Shown piece by piece: positions 1 to 9,079 of a stretch of 31,050 nucleotides of DNA. The DNA is from Candidatus Rokuibacteriota bacterium (lineage in GTDB: Bacteria; Methylomirabilota; Methylomirabilia; Rokubacteriales; CSP1-6), in contig JACPCX010000184.1 in assembly GCA_016184305.1 (NCBI GenBank), positions 1-31,050 of the forward strand. Direction: 5' to 3'. The stretch's first letter is position 1. Every line of letters starts with the position of its first letter. Both the position numbers and the translations under genes were made by a program. The notes beneath the pieces are model-generated. The model saw only the letters and a list, made by a program, of their open reading frames with translations. It did not search any database and had not been told where the DNA came from.

Positions 1-785
1 GGGCCGAGCCGCTCGGCGGCGGCCTTGAAGCCGTCGAAGTACCCGCTGTCGCCACCGAAGTAGAGGCGCCGGTCGCGGCCGGCGACGACCCACGAGGCCC
101 AGAGCCGCCGGTTGGTGTCGGCCGGGGTGCGGCCGCCGAAATGCTGGGCGGGAACGCTGTGAAAGGTCACGCCCCGGTGCGTCCGGGACTGCCACCAGTC
201 CAGCTCCTCCACCCGCGTGATCCCCTGCTCCTCGAGCCAGGGCCTGAGCCCCAGGGGCACCAGGAAGAGCGGATCGTGCTCCGCCGCCAGGCGTTTCACC
301 GTAGGGAGATCGAGATGGTCGTAGTGGTCGTGGGAGATGACGACGGCGTGGATGCGGGGGAGGTCCTCGAAGGCCAGCCCGGGCGGGCTGAGGCGCCGCG
401 GCCCGCCCCAGGAGACGGGGCTCGCCCGCTCGCCCCAGTGCGGATCGGTGAGCACGTTGACGCCGTCAACCTGGATCAGAAGCGTCGAGTGCCCGATCCA
501 GGTCACGCTCGGGTTGACCGTCCCGTCTCGCAGCGCCCCGCCGTCGTTGGCCACGCGCGGCGCCTCGTAGCTGCGCGCCGCGAATGTGGTGCCCCAGACG
601 CGCCGGACGAAGAAGCTCCACCGGGTCCAGCCGCCGGGGCGCGTGAACGTGGGGTCCGGATTGCGGAAGCCGCCCTCGACGTGGTGGGCCGGGCGACCCG
701 GGAGGGGCTCCCTGCCCACGCCGGCGCATGCCGACACGAGGCCGACAGCACCAAGAGCCAAGAACGCGAGCACGAGGCGGCGCAC
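1..785 (-). CDS. MBL-fold metallo-hydrolase (RomA/NAPE-PLD-like), probable lipoprotein; runs off the window start
   Basis: Manual translation from GTG 785: MRRLVLAFLALGAVGLVSAC (lipobox-like), then HHVEGGFRNP, WIGHST, DPHW, ISHDHYDHLD (HxHxDH), PAQHFGGR, LWASW, YFGGDSGY. Confidence 0.85.
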   Translation of the reverse strand, partial: MRRLVLAFLALGAVGLVSACAGVGREPLPGRPAHHVEGGFRNPDPTFTRPGGWTRWSFFVRRVWGTTFAARSYEAPRVANDGGALRDGTVNPSVTWIGHSTLLIQVDGVNVLTDPHWGERASPVSWGGPRRLSPPGLAFEDLPRIHAVVISHDHYDHLDLPTVKRLAAEHDPLFLVPLGLRPWLEEQGITRVEELDWWQSRTHRGVTFHSVPAQHFGGRTPADTNRRLWASWVVAGRDRRLYFGGDSGYFDGFKAAAERLG

Positions 786-868
786 GAGATCGGAGTGTAC
801 CCCGCGCCTCGCGAGCCCGCCAGCCGGACGCGGGCAGAGCTCCGGGAGCACAGGCACGATGGCGGCGG

Positions 869-1177
869 TCAGCGGGCGGCGCCAGAGGACACCCCGCCCT
901 CGCCGGACCGCGGGCCGTGGCCGTGATGCTCCGGCAAGAGCCCCAGCAGCCTCAGCCGCTTCCGCAGCGCGTTGCGGTTGATGCCCAGCAGACGCGCGGC
1001 CTTCAGCTGGTTCCCGCCGCAGAGCGCAAGCACGTGGCGGAGAAGCGGCAGCTCCATTCGCGCCATCACGGCACGGTAGAGGCGCCCCCGCGACTTCGTC
1101 CCCTCTTCCTCCACGAGACACGGCAGCGCGCTCGAAACGAGGCGCTCGAGCTCATCCTCGAGACGGCGTCCCTCCAT
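869..1177 (-). CDS. Stand-alone Fis/NtrC-type helix-turn-helix protein (~102 aa)
   Basis: LYRAVMARMELPLLRHVLALCGGNQLKAARLLGINRNALRKRL resembles the HTH_8/NtrC C-terminal domain; no REC or AAA+ domain; ATG at 1177. Confidence 0.8.
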   Translation of the reverse strand: MEGRRLEDELERLVSSALPCLVEEEGTKSRGRLYRAVMARMELPLLRHVLALCGGNQLKAARLLGINRNALRKRLRLLGLLPEHHGHGPRSGEGGVSSGAAR

Positions 1178-1189
1178 GGCAGACCGCGG

Positions 1190-1205
1190 AGCAAACGATG
1201 TGCCG
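1190..1205 (-). promoter_or_regulatory. sigma-54 -24/-12 promoter of the HTH gene
   Basis: Minus strand CGGCACATCGTTTGCT (GG-N10-GC). Confidence 0.7.
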
Positions 1206-1288
1206 AGGATCGATCGCAAGCAAATCGGAACCTTCCCGGCGGGAGCGTCCCCCTGCGCGGTATCGGCTCCCGAAGACGTGAGCAGAGC

Positions 1289-1305
1289 TGCCTAGAGCTT
1301 GCGCA
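1289..1305. promoter_or_regulatory. NtrC-like 17-bp box overlapping the ureD stop
   Basis: TGCCTAGAGCTTGCGCA, about -118 from the predicted +1; same left half as the box at 16397. Confidence 0.5.
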
Positions 1306-2128
1306 GATCGAGGGGTGGAAGCCCGAGCAGCCGCCGGCGGCAAAGCGCCCAGAGCCGCTCGACGCAAGCGTGGAGCGCGGGAGCGGTCGGCGCCAGGAGC
1401 CTCGCGAGAAGCCCGCCGCGGGCGAGTGCCGTCACGCCGTGGCGTCCGCCGGTCGCCGTCTCCTCCAGCGCGGCCCGCGCCTCCTGGACCACAGCCTCCC
1501 AGTCCGCCCGGGCGGGTGCCAGCGCCGCGAGCGTCGCCACGTAGGCCATGCCCTCGGCGGCGCCCAGGCCTCCGGGCCAGCCGCGCAGTAGCGCGTCGGC
1601 ATCGAGACGGGCCCGCTCGATCAGGAGCGGCCCGCTGCCGTCGCTCACCACCGTGGCGCTGTCGAGCGCATCGAAGCGCCACGCCTCTCCGCGCGCCGCG
1701 CGGCCCACGGCCCAGGCATCGAGCACGATGGCCGTCGCGTCCCCCGCCAGGATGATCTCGGTCGTCTGCTCGAGGCGTGCGCCGGGGGACGGGATCAGGT
1801 GGTCCGGCACGTACTCGAGCGCGGCGCCGGGCCCGACCGTGGCCGTGAACCGCTGGATCGCCGGCGCCCTTGCCGAGCGGTAGACACGCGTCGCCGCCGG
1901 AGTCGTGAGGCAGACGCGCCCCCCCGCGCCGACGGTGACGACCGTGTCAAGCCGGTCGCCGCCAAGCAAGCCGCCCGTGGGGTTGAGCAGCATCAGCGTG
2001 GCGACACCGGCACCGTCCAGGTCCACCGGCTCGAGGGCCTGGAGCGGCAGCGTGAACCGGCGCTCCGTCAGCACCGTCGTCGGACCGCGCCGCTCGAAGC
2101 CGAGACACAGGCGGCCGTCCCGGCCCAC
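1292..2128 (-). CDS. ureD: Urease accessory protein UreD (start uncertain; GTG 2128 chosen)
   Basis: LLNPTGGLLGGDRL, LTTPAATRVYRS, LEYVPDHLIP, DLRKL C-terminus; last gene of the urease operon. Confidence 0.9.
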   Translation of the reverse strand: MGRDGRLCLGFERRGPTTVLTERRFTLPLQALEPVDLDGAGVATLMLLNPTGGLLGGDRLDTVVTVGAGGRVCLTTPAATRVYRSARAPAIQRFTATVGPGAALEYVPDHLIPSPGARLEQTTEIILAGDATAIVLDAWAVGRAARGEAWRFDALDSATVVSDGSGPLLIERARLDADALLRGWPGGLGAAEGMAYVATLAALAPARADWEAVVQEARAALEETATGGRHGVTALARGGLLARLLAPTAPALHACVERLWALCRRRLLGLPPLDLRKL

Positions 2129-2162
2129 GCGCCCCGGCGGACAGGCGCCGAGCGAGTCGGGA

Positions 2163-2785
<623 letters not shown>

Positions 2786-2789
<4 letters not shown>

Positions 2790-3475
2790 GAGCGGAAGAG
2801 CCTCATCTCGAGCCCCTCGTGGCGGATGCCCGCCAGCTCGATCCCGGGGGCGAAGCTCCACATCTCTGACGGATCGCGCTCGGCCGCCTGGCGTGCCAGC
2901 CGCTCGATCACGGGATGGAGCCTCCACAGAAGGCGCTGGCCCTCCGTCTGGCCCATGGGCAGGAGCCGGAGCGCTGCGCCGACCAGGAGCGACGTCGTCG
3001 AGTAAAGGAACGCGGCGGCCGTTTCCTCCGGCTCCCAGCCGAGGATGGCGGCGACCATGCCGAAGGCGACAGCGTGATGGCCGGGGGCGCGTCCGGCATC
3101 CACCTCGGCGCGGTAGCCGCCGAGGGTGGGATCGGCAGTGAGCGCGGCGGCCACCCGCAGCGTCTGGCGGCCCATCTGGCGGCTTCCCTCGCGGAACTCA
3201 CGGACGCTCTTCATCGCCTCGAGCGCGTCGTCGAGCCTCCAGCATGCGGCGAGGTCCCCCCTGGCCAGGGCACGCAGGGCGGACGCCGCTGCCGTCGCAT
3301 CGCATGGACCGGCCGATCCTTCGAGGAGGCTCGTGAGGAACTGTTCCACGCCGGCCGCATCCGCCACGGCTCCCGACTGACACACCGCCTCGAGGCCGAA
3401 GGAGTGGGCGTAGCCCCCCGTGGGGAACGCGCTGTCGGCGACGTGGAGCAGCGAGAGAAGCCGGGCGCTACTCAT
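2786..3475 (-). CDS. ureF: Urease accessory protein UreF
   Basis: [16 protein letters not shown] and C-terminal HE..EMRLFRS. Confidence 0.95.
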
Positions 3476-3971
3476 GCGCGTGTGAGGCCTGCTCGTGGGC
3501 ATGGCCGTCCACCGGGCTCTTCCCGGCCTCGTGCCGGTGGCCGCCGCCGACGATGGGGTCGAACACCTCTTGCCGCCGCTCCCACGGCACCCCGAGCCGC
3601 GCCAGCAGCTGCTCCATGGCCGTGTCATCGGGAACCAGCAGCGTCTCGCCCTGGAGCGCCAGCGGAAAGTGGCGATTCCCCACGTCGAAGGCGATGCGGA
3701 TCGCCCCCTCCCGGTTCCGCGGAAAGATGGCGAGCACCGGCTCGGGCCGTCCCTCGACGGCAAGGTACCAGTCCGCCTCCACCGTGACGACGTCTCCCGG
3801 ACGGAGCACGCTCCCGGTGGGCAGGGCCAGGGCCACCTCGCGGCCCCGCGTGGTGCGCACGCGCTTGCGCGTCCAGCGCCGCTCCTCCCAGCTCAGATGG
3901 AGCGTGTCGCGCTCCTTCCCCGCGAGCGCTTCCGGGGACACGTGCAGGTGCGGCTCGGTAATGACGATCAT
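3468..3971 (-). CDS. ureE: Urease accessory nickel chaperone UreE
   Basis: LSWEERRWTRKR, DVGNRHFP, His-containing tail GHRHE...[12 protein letters not shown]. Confidence 0.92.
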   Translation of the reverse strand: MIVITEPHLHVSPEALAGKERDTLHLSWEERRWTRKRVRTTRGREVALALPTGSVLRPGDVVTVEADWYLAVEGRPEPVLAIFPRNREGAIRIAFDVGNRHFPLALQGETLLVPDDTAMEQLLARLGVPWERRQEVFDPIVGGGHRHEAGKSPVDGHAHEQASHAHE

Positions 3972-3973
3972 GG

Positions 3974-5689
3974 TCAGAAGAGGAAGTAGCGCTGGGCCAT
4001 GGGCAGCACGCTCGAGGGCTCGCAGGTCAGCAGCCGGCCGTCGGCCCGCACCTCGTAGGTCTCGGGATCCACCTCCATGCGCGGGCAGTAGTCGTTGTGG
4101 ATCATCGAGGCCTTGGTGACGCCGCGGCAGCCCCGGACGGCGCTCACGAGCCTTCGCAGGCCGAGGCGCGCCACCACCCCCTCGGCCAGCGCGGCCTGCG
4201 AGAGGAAGGTCATGGAGGTCGCGTGCAGCGCCGCGCCCATGGCGGCGAACATGGGCCGGTACCGAACGGGCTGAGGCGTCGGGATCGAGGCGTTGGGATC
4301 GCCCATGGCCGCCGTGACGATGAGCCCGCCCTTGAGCACCACCTCGGGCTTCACGCCGAAGAACGCCGGCTTCCAGATGACCAGGTCCGCGAGCTTCCCC
4401 GCCTCCACCGAGCCCACCTCGTGGGCGATCCCGTGGGAGAGGGCGGGGTTGATCGTGTACTTGGCCACGTAGCGCCTGGCCCGCGCATTGTCGGCGCGCC
4501 CATCCCCCGGCAGCGCGCCGCGCTGGCGCTTCATCTTGTCCGCCGTCTGCCACGTGCGCACGATCACCTCGCCGATGCGGCCCATGGCCTGGGAGTCCGA
4601 GGAGAGCATGCTGATGGCGCCGAGGTCGTGGAGCACGTCCTCGGCGGCGATGGTCTCGGCCCGGATGCGCGACTCCGCGAAGGCCAGGTCCTCGGGGATC
4701 TTCGGGTTGAGGTGGTGGCACACCATGAGCATGTCGAGGTGCTCGTCCATGGTGTTCACCGTGAAGGGCATCGTGGGGTTGGTCGAGGAGGGCAGGCAGT
4801 TGATCTCGCCGCAGACCCGCAGGATGTCGGGGGCATGCCCGCCTCCGGCCCCCTCGGTGTGGTAGGTGTGGATCGTCCGGCCGCGGAACGCGCGGATGGA
4901 CTGCTCGACGAACCCGGCCTCGTTGAGCGTGTCGGTGTGGATGGCGACCTGCGTGTCCGTCTCCTCGGCGACCCCGAGGCAGGTGTCGATGGCGGCCGGC
5001 GTGGTGCCCCAGTCCTCGTGCAGCTTGAGCCCGATGGCGCCCGCCTCGATCTGCTCGCGCAGCGGCTCGGGGCGCGAAGCGTTGCCCTTGCCGAGGAACC
5101 CGAGGTTGATCGGCAGGCCCTCGGCGGCCTGCAGCATGCGGTGGATGCTCCACGCCCCGGGGGAGCACGTGGTGGCCGTGGTGCCCGCGGCGGGCCCGGT
5201 GCCGCCGCCGATCAGGGTGGTGAGCCCGGCGGCCAGCGCCTCGTCAACGAGCTGCGGGCAGATGAAGTGGATGTGGCTGTCGATGCCGCCCGCCGTGACG
5301 ATCCGCCCCTCGCCCGCGATGACCTCGGTGGCGGCGCCGATCACGAGCCTCGGCGTCACGCCCGCCATGATGTCCGGGTTGCCGGCCTTGCCGATGCCGA
5401 CGATGCGGCCGCCGCGGATCCCGATATCGGCCTTGACGATCCCCCAGTGGTCGAGGATGAGGGCGTTCGTGATGACGAGGTCGAGCGCCCCGTCGCGGGA
5501 GGTGGCGCGCGCGGACTGGCCCATGCCGTCGCGGATGACCTTGCCGCCTCCGAACTTCACCTCGTCGCCGTAGACGGTGAAGTCCCGCTCCACCTCGATG
5601 AACAGCTCCGTGTCCGCCAGGCGCACCCGGTCCCCAACGGTGGGCCCGTAGAGATCGGCATACTGCCGCCGCGGGATCCTGAGCGTCAT
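3974..5689 (-). CDS. ureC: Urease subunit alpha
   Basis: 571 aa; [50 protein letters not shown]. Confidence 0.99.
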   Translation of the reverse strand: MTLRIPRRQYADLYGPTVGDRVRLADTELFIEVERDFTVYGDEVKFGGGKVIRDGMGQSARATSRDGALDLVITNALILDHWGIVKADIGIRGGRIVGIGKAGNPDIMAGVTPRLVIGAATEVIAGEGRIVTAGGIDSHIHFICPQLVDEALAAGLTTLIGGGTGPAAGTTATTCSPGAWSIHRMLQAAEGLPINLGFLGKGNASRPEPLREQIEAGAIGLKLHEDWGTTPAAIDTCLGVAEETDTQVAIHTDTLNEAGFVEQSIRAFRGRTIHTYHTEGAGGGHAPDILRVCGEINCLPSSTNPTMPFTVNTMDEHLDMLMVCHHLNPKIPEDLAFAESRIRAETIAAEDVLHDLGAISMLSSDSQAMGRIGEVIVRTWQTADKMKRQRGALPGDGRADNARARRYVAKYTINPALSHGIAHEVGSVEAGKLADLVIWKPAFFGVKPEVVLKGGLIVTAAMGDPNASIPTPQPVRYRPMFAAMGAALHATSMTFLSQAALAEGVVARLGLRRLVSAVRGCRGVTKASMIHNDYCPRMEVDPETYEVRADGRLLTCEPSSVLPMAQRYFLF

Positions 5690-6057
5690 GGCTGGGCTCC
5701 CTGGAAGCCGGCCTCCGCCGCGCGCCGGACCGCGGCGCTCCGCTCGCCCTCGCCCACCGGCCCTTCAGTCAGCGCGTTGAGCCCATAGACCTCCCGCGCG
5801 CCGGCGATCTCCACCACGGTCACGTGCTTCTCGTCGCCGGGCTCGAACCGGATGGCCGTCCCTGCGGGAATATTGAGCCGCATCCCGAAGGCGCGGGCCC
5901 GGTCAAAGCGGAGCGCCCGGTTGGCCTCGAAGAAGTGGAAGTGCGAACCCACCTGGATGGGCCGGTCGCCGGTATTCGCCACGGTGAGCTGGACCACGCG
6001 CCGGCCCGCATTGGCCTCGATGTCGCCCTCGCCGAGCACGTACTCCCCGGGTATCAT
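5686..6057 (-). CDS. ureB: Urease subunit beta
   Basis: [40 protein letters not shown]. Confidence 0.98.
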   Translation of the reverse strand: MIPGEYVLGEGDIEANAGRRVVQLTVANTGDRPIQVGSHFHFFEANRALRFDRARAFGMRLNIPAGTAIRFEPGDEKHVTVVEIAGAREVYGLNALTEGPVGEGERSAAVRRAAEAGFQGAQP

Positions 6058-6356
6058 CGGATCGGATGATGGATGGTCACGAGCTTGGTGCCGTCGGGGA
6101 ATGTCCCCTCGACCTGGACCTGTTCCAGCATCTCCGGAACCCCCTCCATGACGTCTTCGCGCGACAGGATGCTCAGGCCCTGGGCCATGAGGTCCGACAC
6201 CGTGCGCCCGTCGCGGATGCCTTCGAGGACCTCGGCGGTGATGAGGGCCAGCGCCTCCGGGTAATTCAGGCGCAACCCCCGCTGGCGGCGTCGGCGGGCC
6301 ACCTCGGCGGCGACGAAGACGAGAAGCTTGTCCTGTTCGCGTGGCGTCAGGTGCAT
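6054..6356 (-). CDS. ureA: Urease subunit gamma
   Basis: [36 protein letters not shown]; 100 aa. Confidence 0.98.
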   Translation of the reverse strand: MHLTPREQDKLLVFVAAEVARRRRQRGLRLNYPEALALITAEVLEGIRDGRTVSDLMAQGLSILSREDVMEGVPEMLEQVQVEGTFPDGTKLVTIHHPIR

Positions 6357-6386
6357 GGTCCCTCGCTCGGGGGCGTTCCGGCCCGT

Positions 6387-7103
6387 CTAGACCGTCAGGT
6401 GCTCTCGGACGGCCTCGTGGCGCAGGTCGGCCGTGGCCCCGCGCGACACGATCGTTCCCTTGCGCATGATGGCGTACGAGTCGGCCACGCGCCAGGCGAA
6501 CTCGAGATACTGCTCCACCAGCAGCACCGCGATCCCGCGCTCCTTGATCCGCTGGATCGCCTCCTCGATCTGCAGGATGACGGAGGGCTGTATCCCCTCC
6601 GTGGGCTCATCCAGGAGCAGGAGCCGGGGCGAGGCCAGCAGGACGCGGGCGATGGCGAGCTGCTGCTGCTCGCCGCCCGAGAGCACCCCGCCCTTCCGTC
6701 CGAGGAGGGACTTGAGCTTCGGGAAGAGCTCGAACGCCTGCTCGAGCTCGCGCTCCGCGGCGGCGCCGCGCTCGCCAGGCCCGCCGCGCCGCCTCCCCAT
6801 GTGGCCGACGCGCAGGTTCTCGGCGACCGTGAGATTGGGGAAGATCTCCCGCCCCTGCGGCACGTAGCCGATGCCGCGCGCCACCCGCTCCTCGGGGTGC
6901 CGGCCGCGGAACTCCACACCGTCGAAGGCGATGCGTCCCGACCGGGCCGGCAGGAGCCCCATGACCGCCTTGAGCAGCGTGGTCTTCCCCACACCGTTGC
7001 GCCCCATGAGGCACACCACGCCGCCGTCGGGCACGTCGAGGGACACGTCCCACAGCACCTGGCTCTCGCCGTAGGCGACAGAGAGATCCCGGATCTCAAG
7101 CAT
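6387..7103 (-). CDS. urtE: Urea ABC transporter ATPase UrtE
   Basis: [32 protein letters not shown]. Confidence 0.93.
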   Translation of the reverse strand: MLEIRDLSVAYGESQVLWDVSLDVPDGGVVCLMGRNGVGKTTLLKAVMGLLPARSGRIAFDGVEFRGRHPEERVARGIGYVPQGREIFPNLTVAENLRVGHMGRRRGGPGERGAAAERELEQAFELFPKLKSLLGRKGGVLSGGEQQQLAIARVLLASPRLLLLDEPTEGIQPSVILQIEEAIQRIKERGIAVLLVEQYLEFAWRVADSYAIMRKGTIVSRGATADLRHEAVREHLTV

Positions 7104-7875
7104 GGGCGTCGCGGCTCCGTCCGAGATAGACCTCCATCACCCGCTCATCCCGCTGGACCTGGTCCACGGGCCCCTCGCAAAGGACCGAGCCCTCGTGCAG
7201 CACGGTCACGGTGCGAGCGATGCTCCGGACGAACTCCATGTCGTGCTCGATCACCAGCACCGCGCGGTCCTGGGCGATCGCCTGCAGGAGCGCCCCCGTG
7301 CGCTCCGTCTCCTCGTCGGTCATGCCCGCGACCGGCTCGTCCACGAGCAGGAGCTCCGCGTCCTGGACCATGACCATGCCGATCTCCAGCCACTGCTTCT
7401 CGCCGTGGGAGAGCCCGCCGGCCCGCTCCTCCGCCCGGGGGACGAGCCCGATGGTCGAGAGCGCCCGCTCGATCCGCTCACGCTGGGAGGCGTCGAGCCG
7501 GGCGGAGAGCGTGGCGAGCACGCCCTTGCTCTTCCGGGCCAGCGACAGCTCCAGGTTCTCGCGGACGGTCAGGTTCGCGAACACCGAAGGCGTCTGGAAC
7601 TTCCGTCCGACGCCCAGCGCGGCGATCTCGTTCTCTCGCCGGCCCACCAGGTCGGTGTGCTTGCCGAAGATCACCCGGCCGGATGTCGGCATCACCTTGC
7701 CCGAGATGACGTCGAGGAGCGTGGTCTTCCCCGCCCCGTTGGGGCCGATGACCACCCGCAGCTCGCGGTAGTCCATGTAGAAGTTCAGGTCCCGGAGCGC
7801 CTTGAAGCCGTCGTAGTCCACCGTCACGTCCTCGAGGTAGATGATCGAGCCGCGGGTCGCGCTCCCGGGGGTCAA
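7096..7875 (-). CDS. urtD: Urea ABC transporter ATPase UrtD (TTG start)
   Basis: GPNGAGKT, GRKFQTP, LSHGEKQWLEIGM, VDEPVAGM. Confidence 0.93.
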   Translation of the reverse strand: MTPGSATRGSIIYLEDVTVDYDGFKALRDLNFYMDYRELRVVIGPNGAGKTTLLDVISGKVMPTSGRVIFGKHTDLVGRRENEIAALGVGRKFQTPSVFANLTVRENLELSLARKSKGVLATLSARLDASQRERIERALSTIGLVPRAEERAGGLSHGEKQWLEIGMVMVQDAELLLVDEPVAGMTDEETERTGALLQAIAQDRAVLVIEHDMEFVRSIARTVTVLHEGSVLCEGPVDQVQRDERVMEVYLGRSRDAHA

Positions 7876-7944
7876 TTGGGACGCCTGAACGTGGATGACT
7901 CCGCGTCGCGGTTCGGCCTCTTCGCCCTTGTCGGGCTCATCGGG
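7872..7944 (-). repeat. Dispersed ~60-nt motif / 22-codon micro-ORF (7872-7940) filling the urtC-urtD gap
   Basis: Minus strand CCCGATGAGCCCGACAAGGGCGAAGAGGCCGAACCGCGACGCGGAGTCATCCACGTTCAGGCGT aligns with the units at 28921-29109; reads MSPTRAKRPNRDAESSTFRRPN. Confidence 0.7.
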
Positions 7945-9079
7945 GCGAGCGTTCTACCGCCGCGTCTTTCATCGCGGTGGTATCCGGGCGGCCGCGCAAC
8001 GCGCCCCGTCTCATCGCCTCGAGCCGCCCGTGGAGCCGGCGGGCGCCGCCCACCAGCCCATCCGGGAAGAAGAGCACCACGGCGATGAAGAGCCCCCCCA
8101 GCACCAGGAGCCAGAGATCCGGGTACGACGTGGTGAGAACGCTCTGGAGCCAGCTCACGCCGACGGCGCCGACGACGGCCCCGAGGAGCGTCCCCCGGCC
8201 GCCCACGGCCACCCAGACGATCATCTCGATGGACGGGAGCACGCCGATCTTCGCGGGAGTGATGATGCCCACCTGCGGCACGTAGAGCGCTCCCGCCACA
8301 CCGGCCAGCGCGGCGGAGACGACGAAGACGAACAGCTTGAAGGCCGCGGGCGAATACCCGGAGAAGAGCACGCGGGTCTCGCTGTCGCGGATGGCCAACA
8401 GCACCTTGCCCGCGGGGGAGCCCGTGATCCAGCGGCAGAGCAGATAGGCGCCGCCCAGGCAGAGGACCGCGGCCATGTAGAGACCGCGCTGGGTGGCGGG
8501 CTCGCGGAGCGGGAAGCCGAAGATGGTCTTGAAGCCGCTGAGCCCGTTGGTGCCGCCCAGGTTCAGCGAGTTCCGGTTGAACATGAGCCAGGCCGACAGC
8601 GCCAGCGCCTGGGTGATGATGGAGAAGTACACGCCGCGGATCCGGCTGCGGAACGTGAGGGCGCCGAAGACGAACGCCACCGCGGCCGGGACGGCGACCA
8701 CGGCCAGCAGCGTGAAGGTCCCACTGTGGAAGGGGCGCCAGAAGAGCGGCAGCTCCGTCACCCGGTTCCACACCATGAAGTCCGGCAGCGCGTTCCGGTA
8801 CACGCCCTGCGTCCCGATCTCGAGCATCAGGTGCATGCCCATGGCATAGGCCCCGAGACCGAAGAAGACCCCGTGGCCCAGCGACAGCACACCCGCGTAG
8901 CCCCAGATCAGGTCGATCCCCAGCGCCAGGATCGCGTAGGCGAGGAACTTCCCGAACAGGTTGAGCGTGAAGTCGCCGACGCGCAGCGGCGACTCCGCCG
9001 GCAACGCGTTGAGCACGGGCAGGACGACGAGGAGGACGGCCCCCGCGGCGAGGAAAGCCCAGCGCTCACGCGTCCGCAT
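7937..9079 (-). CDS. urtC: Urea ABC transporter permease UrtC
   Basis: DLIWGYAGVLSLGHG, LPDFMVWN, GVYFSIITQA, WVAVGGRGTL. Confidence 0.94.
   Translation of the reverse strand: MRTRERWAFLAAGAVLLVVLPVLNALPAESPLRVGDFTLNLFGKFLAYAILALGIDLIWGYAGVLSLGHGVFFGLGAYAMGMHLMLEIGTQGVYRNALPDFMVWNRVTELPLFWRPFHSGTFTLLAVVAVPAAVAFVFGALTFRSRIRGVYFSIITQALALSAWLMFNRNSLNLGGTNGLSGFKTIFGFPLREPATQRGLYMAAVLCLGGAYLLCRWITGSPAGKVLLAIRDSETRVLFSGYSPAAFKLFVFVVSAALAGVAGALYVPQVGIITPAKIGVLPSIEMIVWVAVGGRGTLLGAVVGAVGVSWLQSVLTTSYPDLWLLVLGGLFIAVVLFFPDGLVGGARRLHGRLEAMRRGALRGRPDTTAMKDAAVERSPR

Noticed and set aside
7915..7944. Hammerhead ribozyme (CCGAUGA-stem-GAAG, also at about 29085-29109)
   Set aside because: Core deviates from CUGAUGA/GAAA and I could not build stems I and III with a cleavage triplet; kept only as a tandem-GA hairpin
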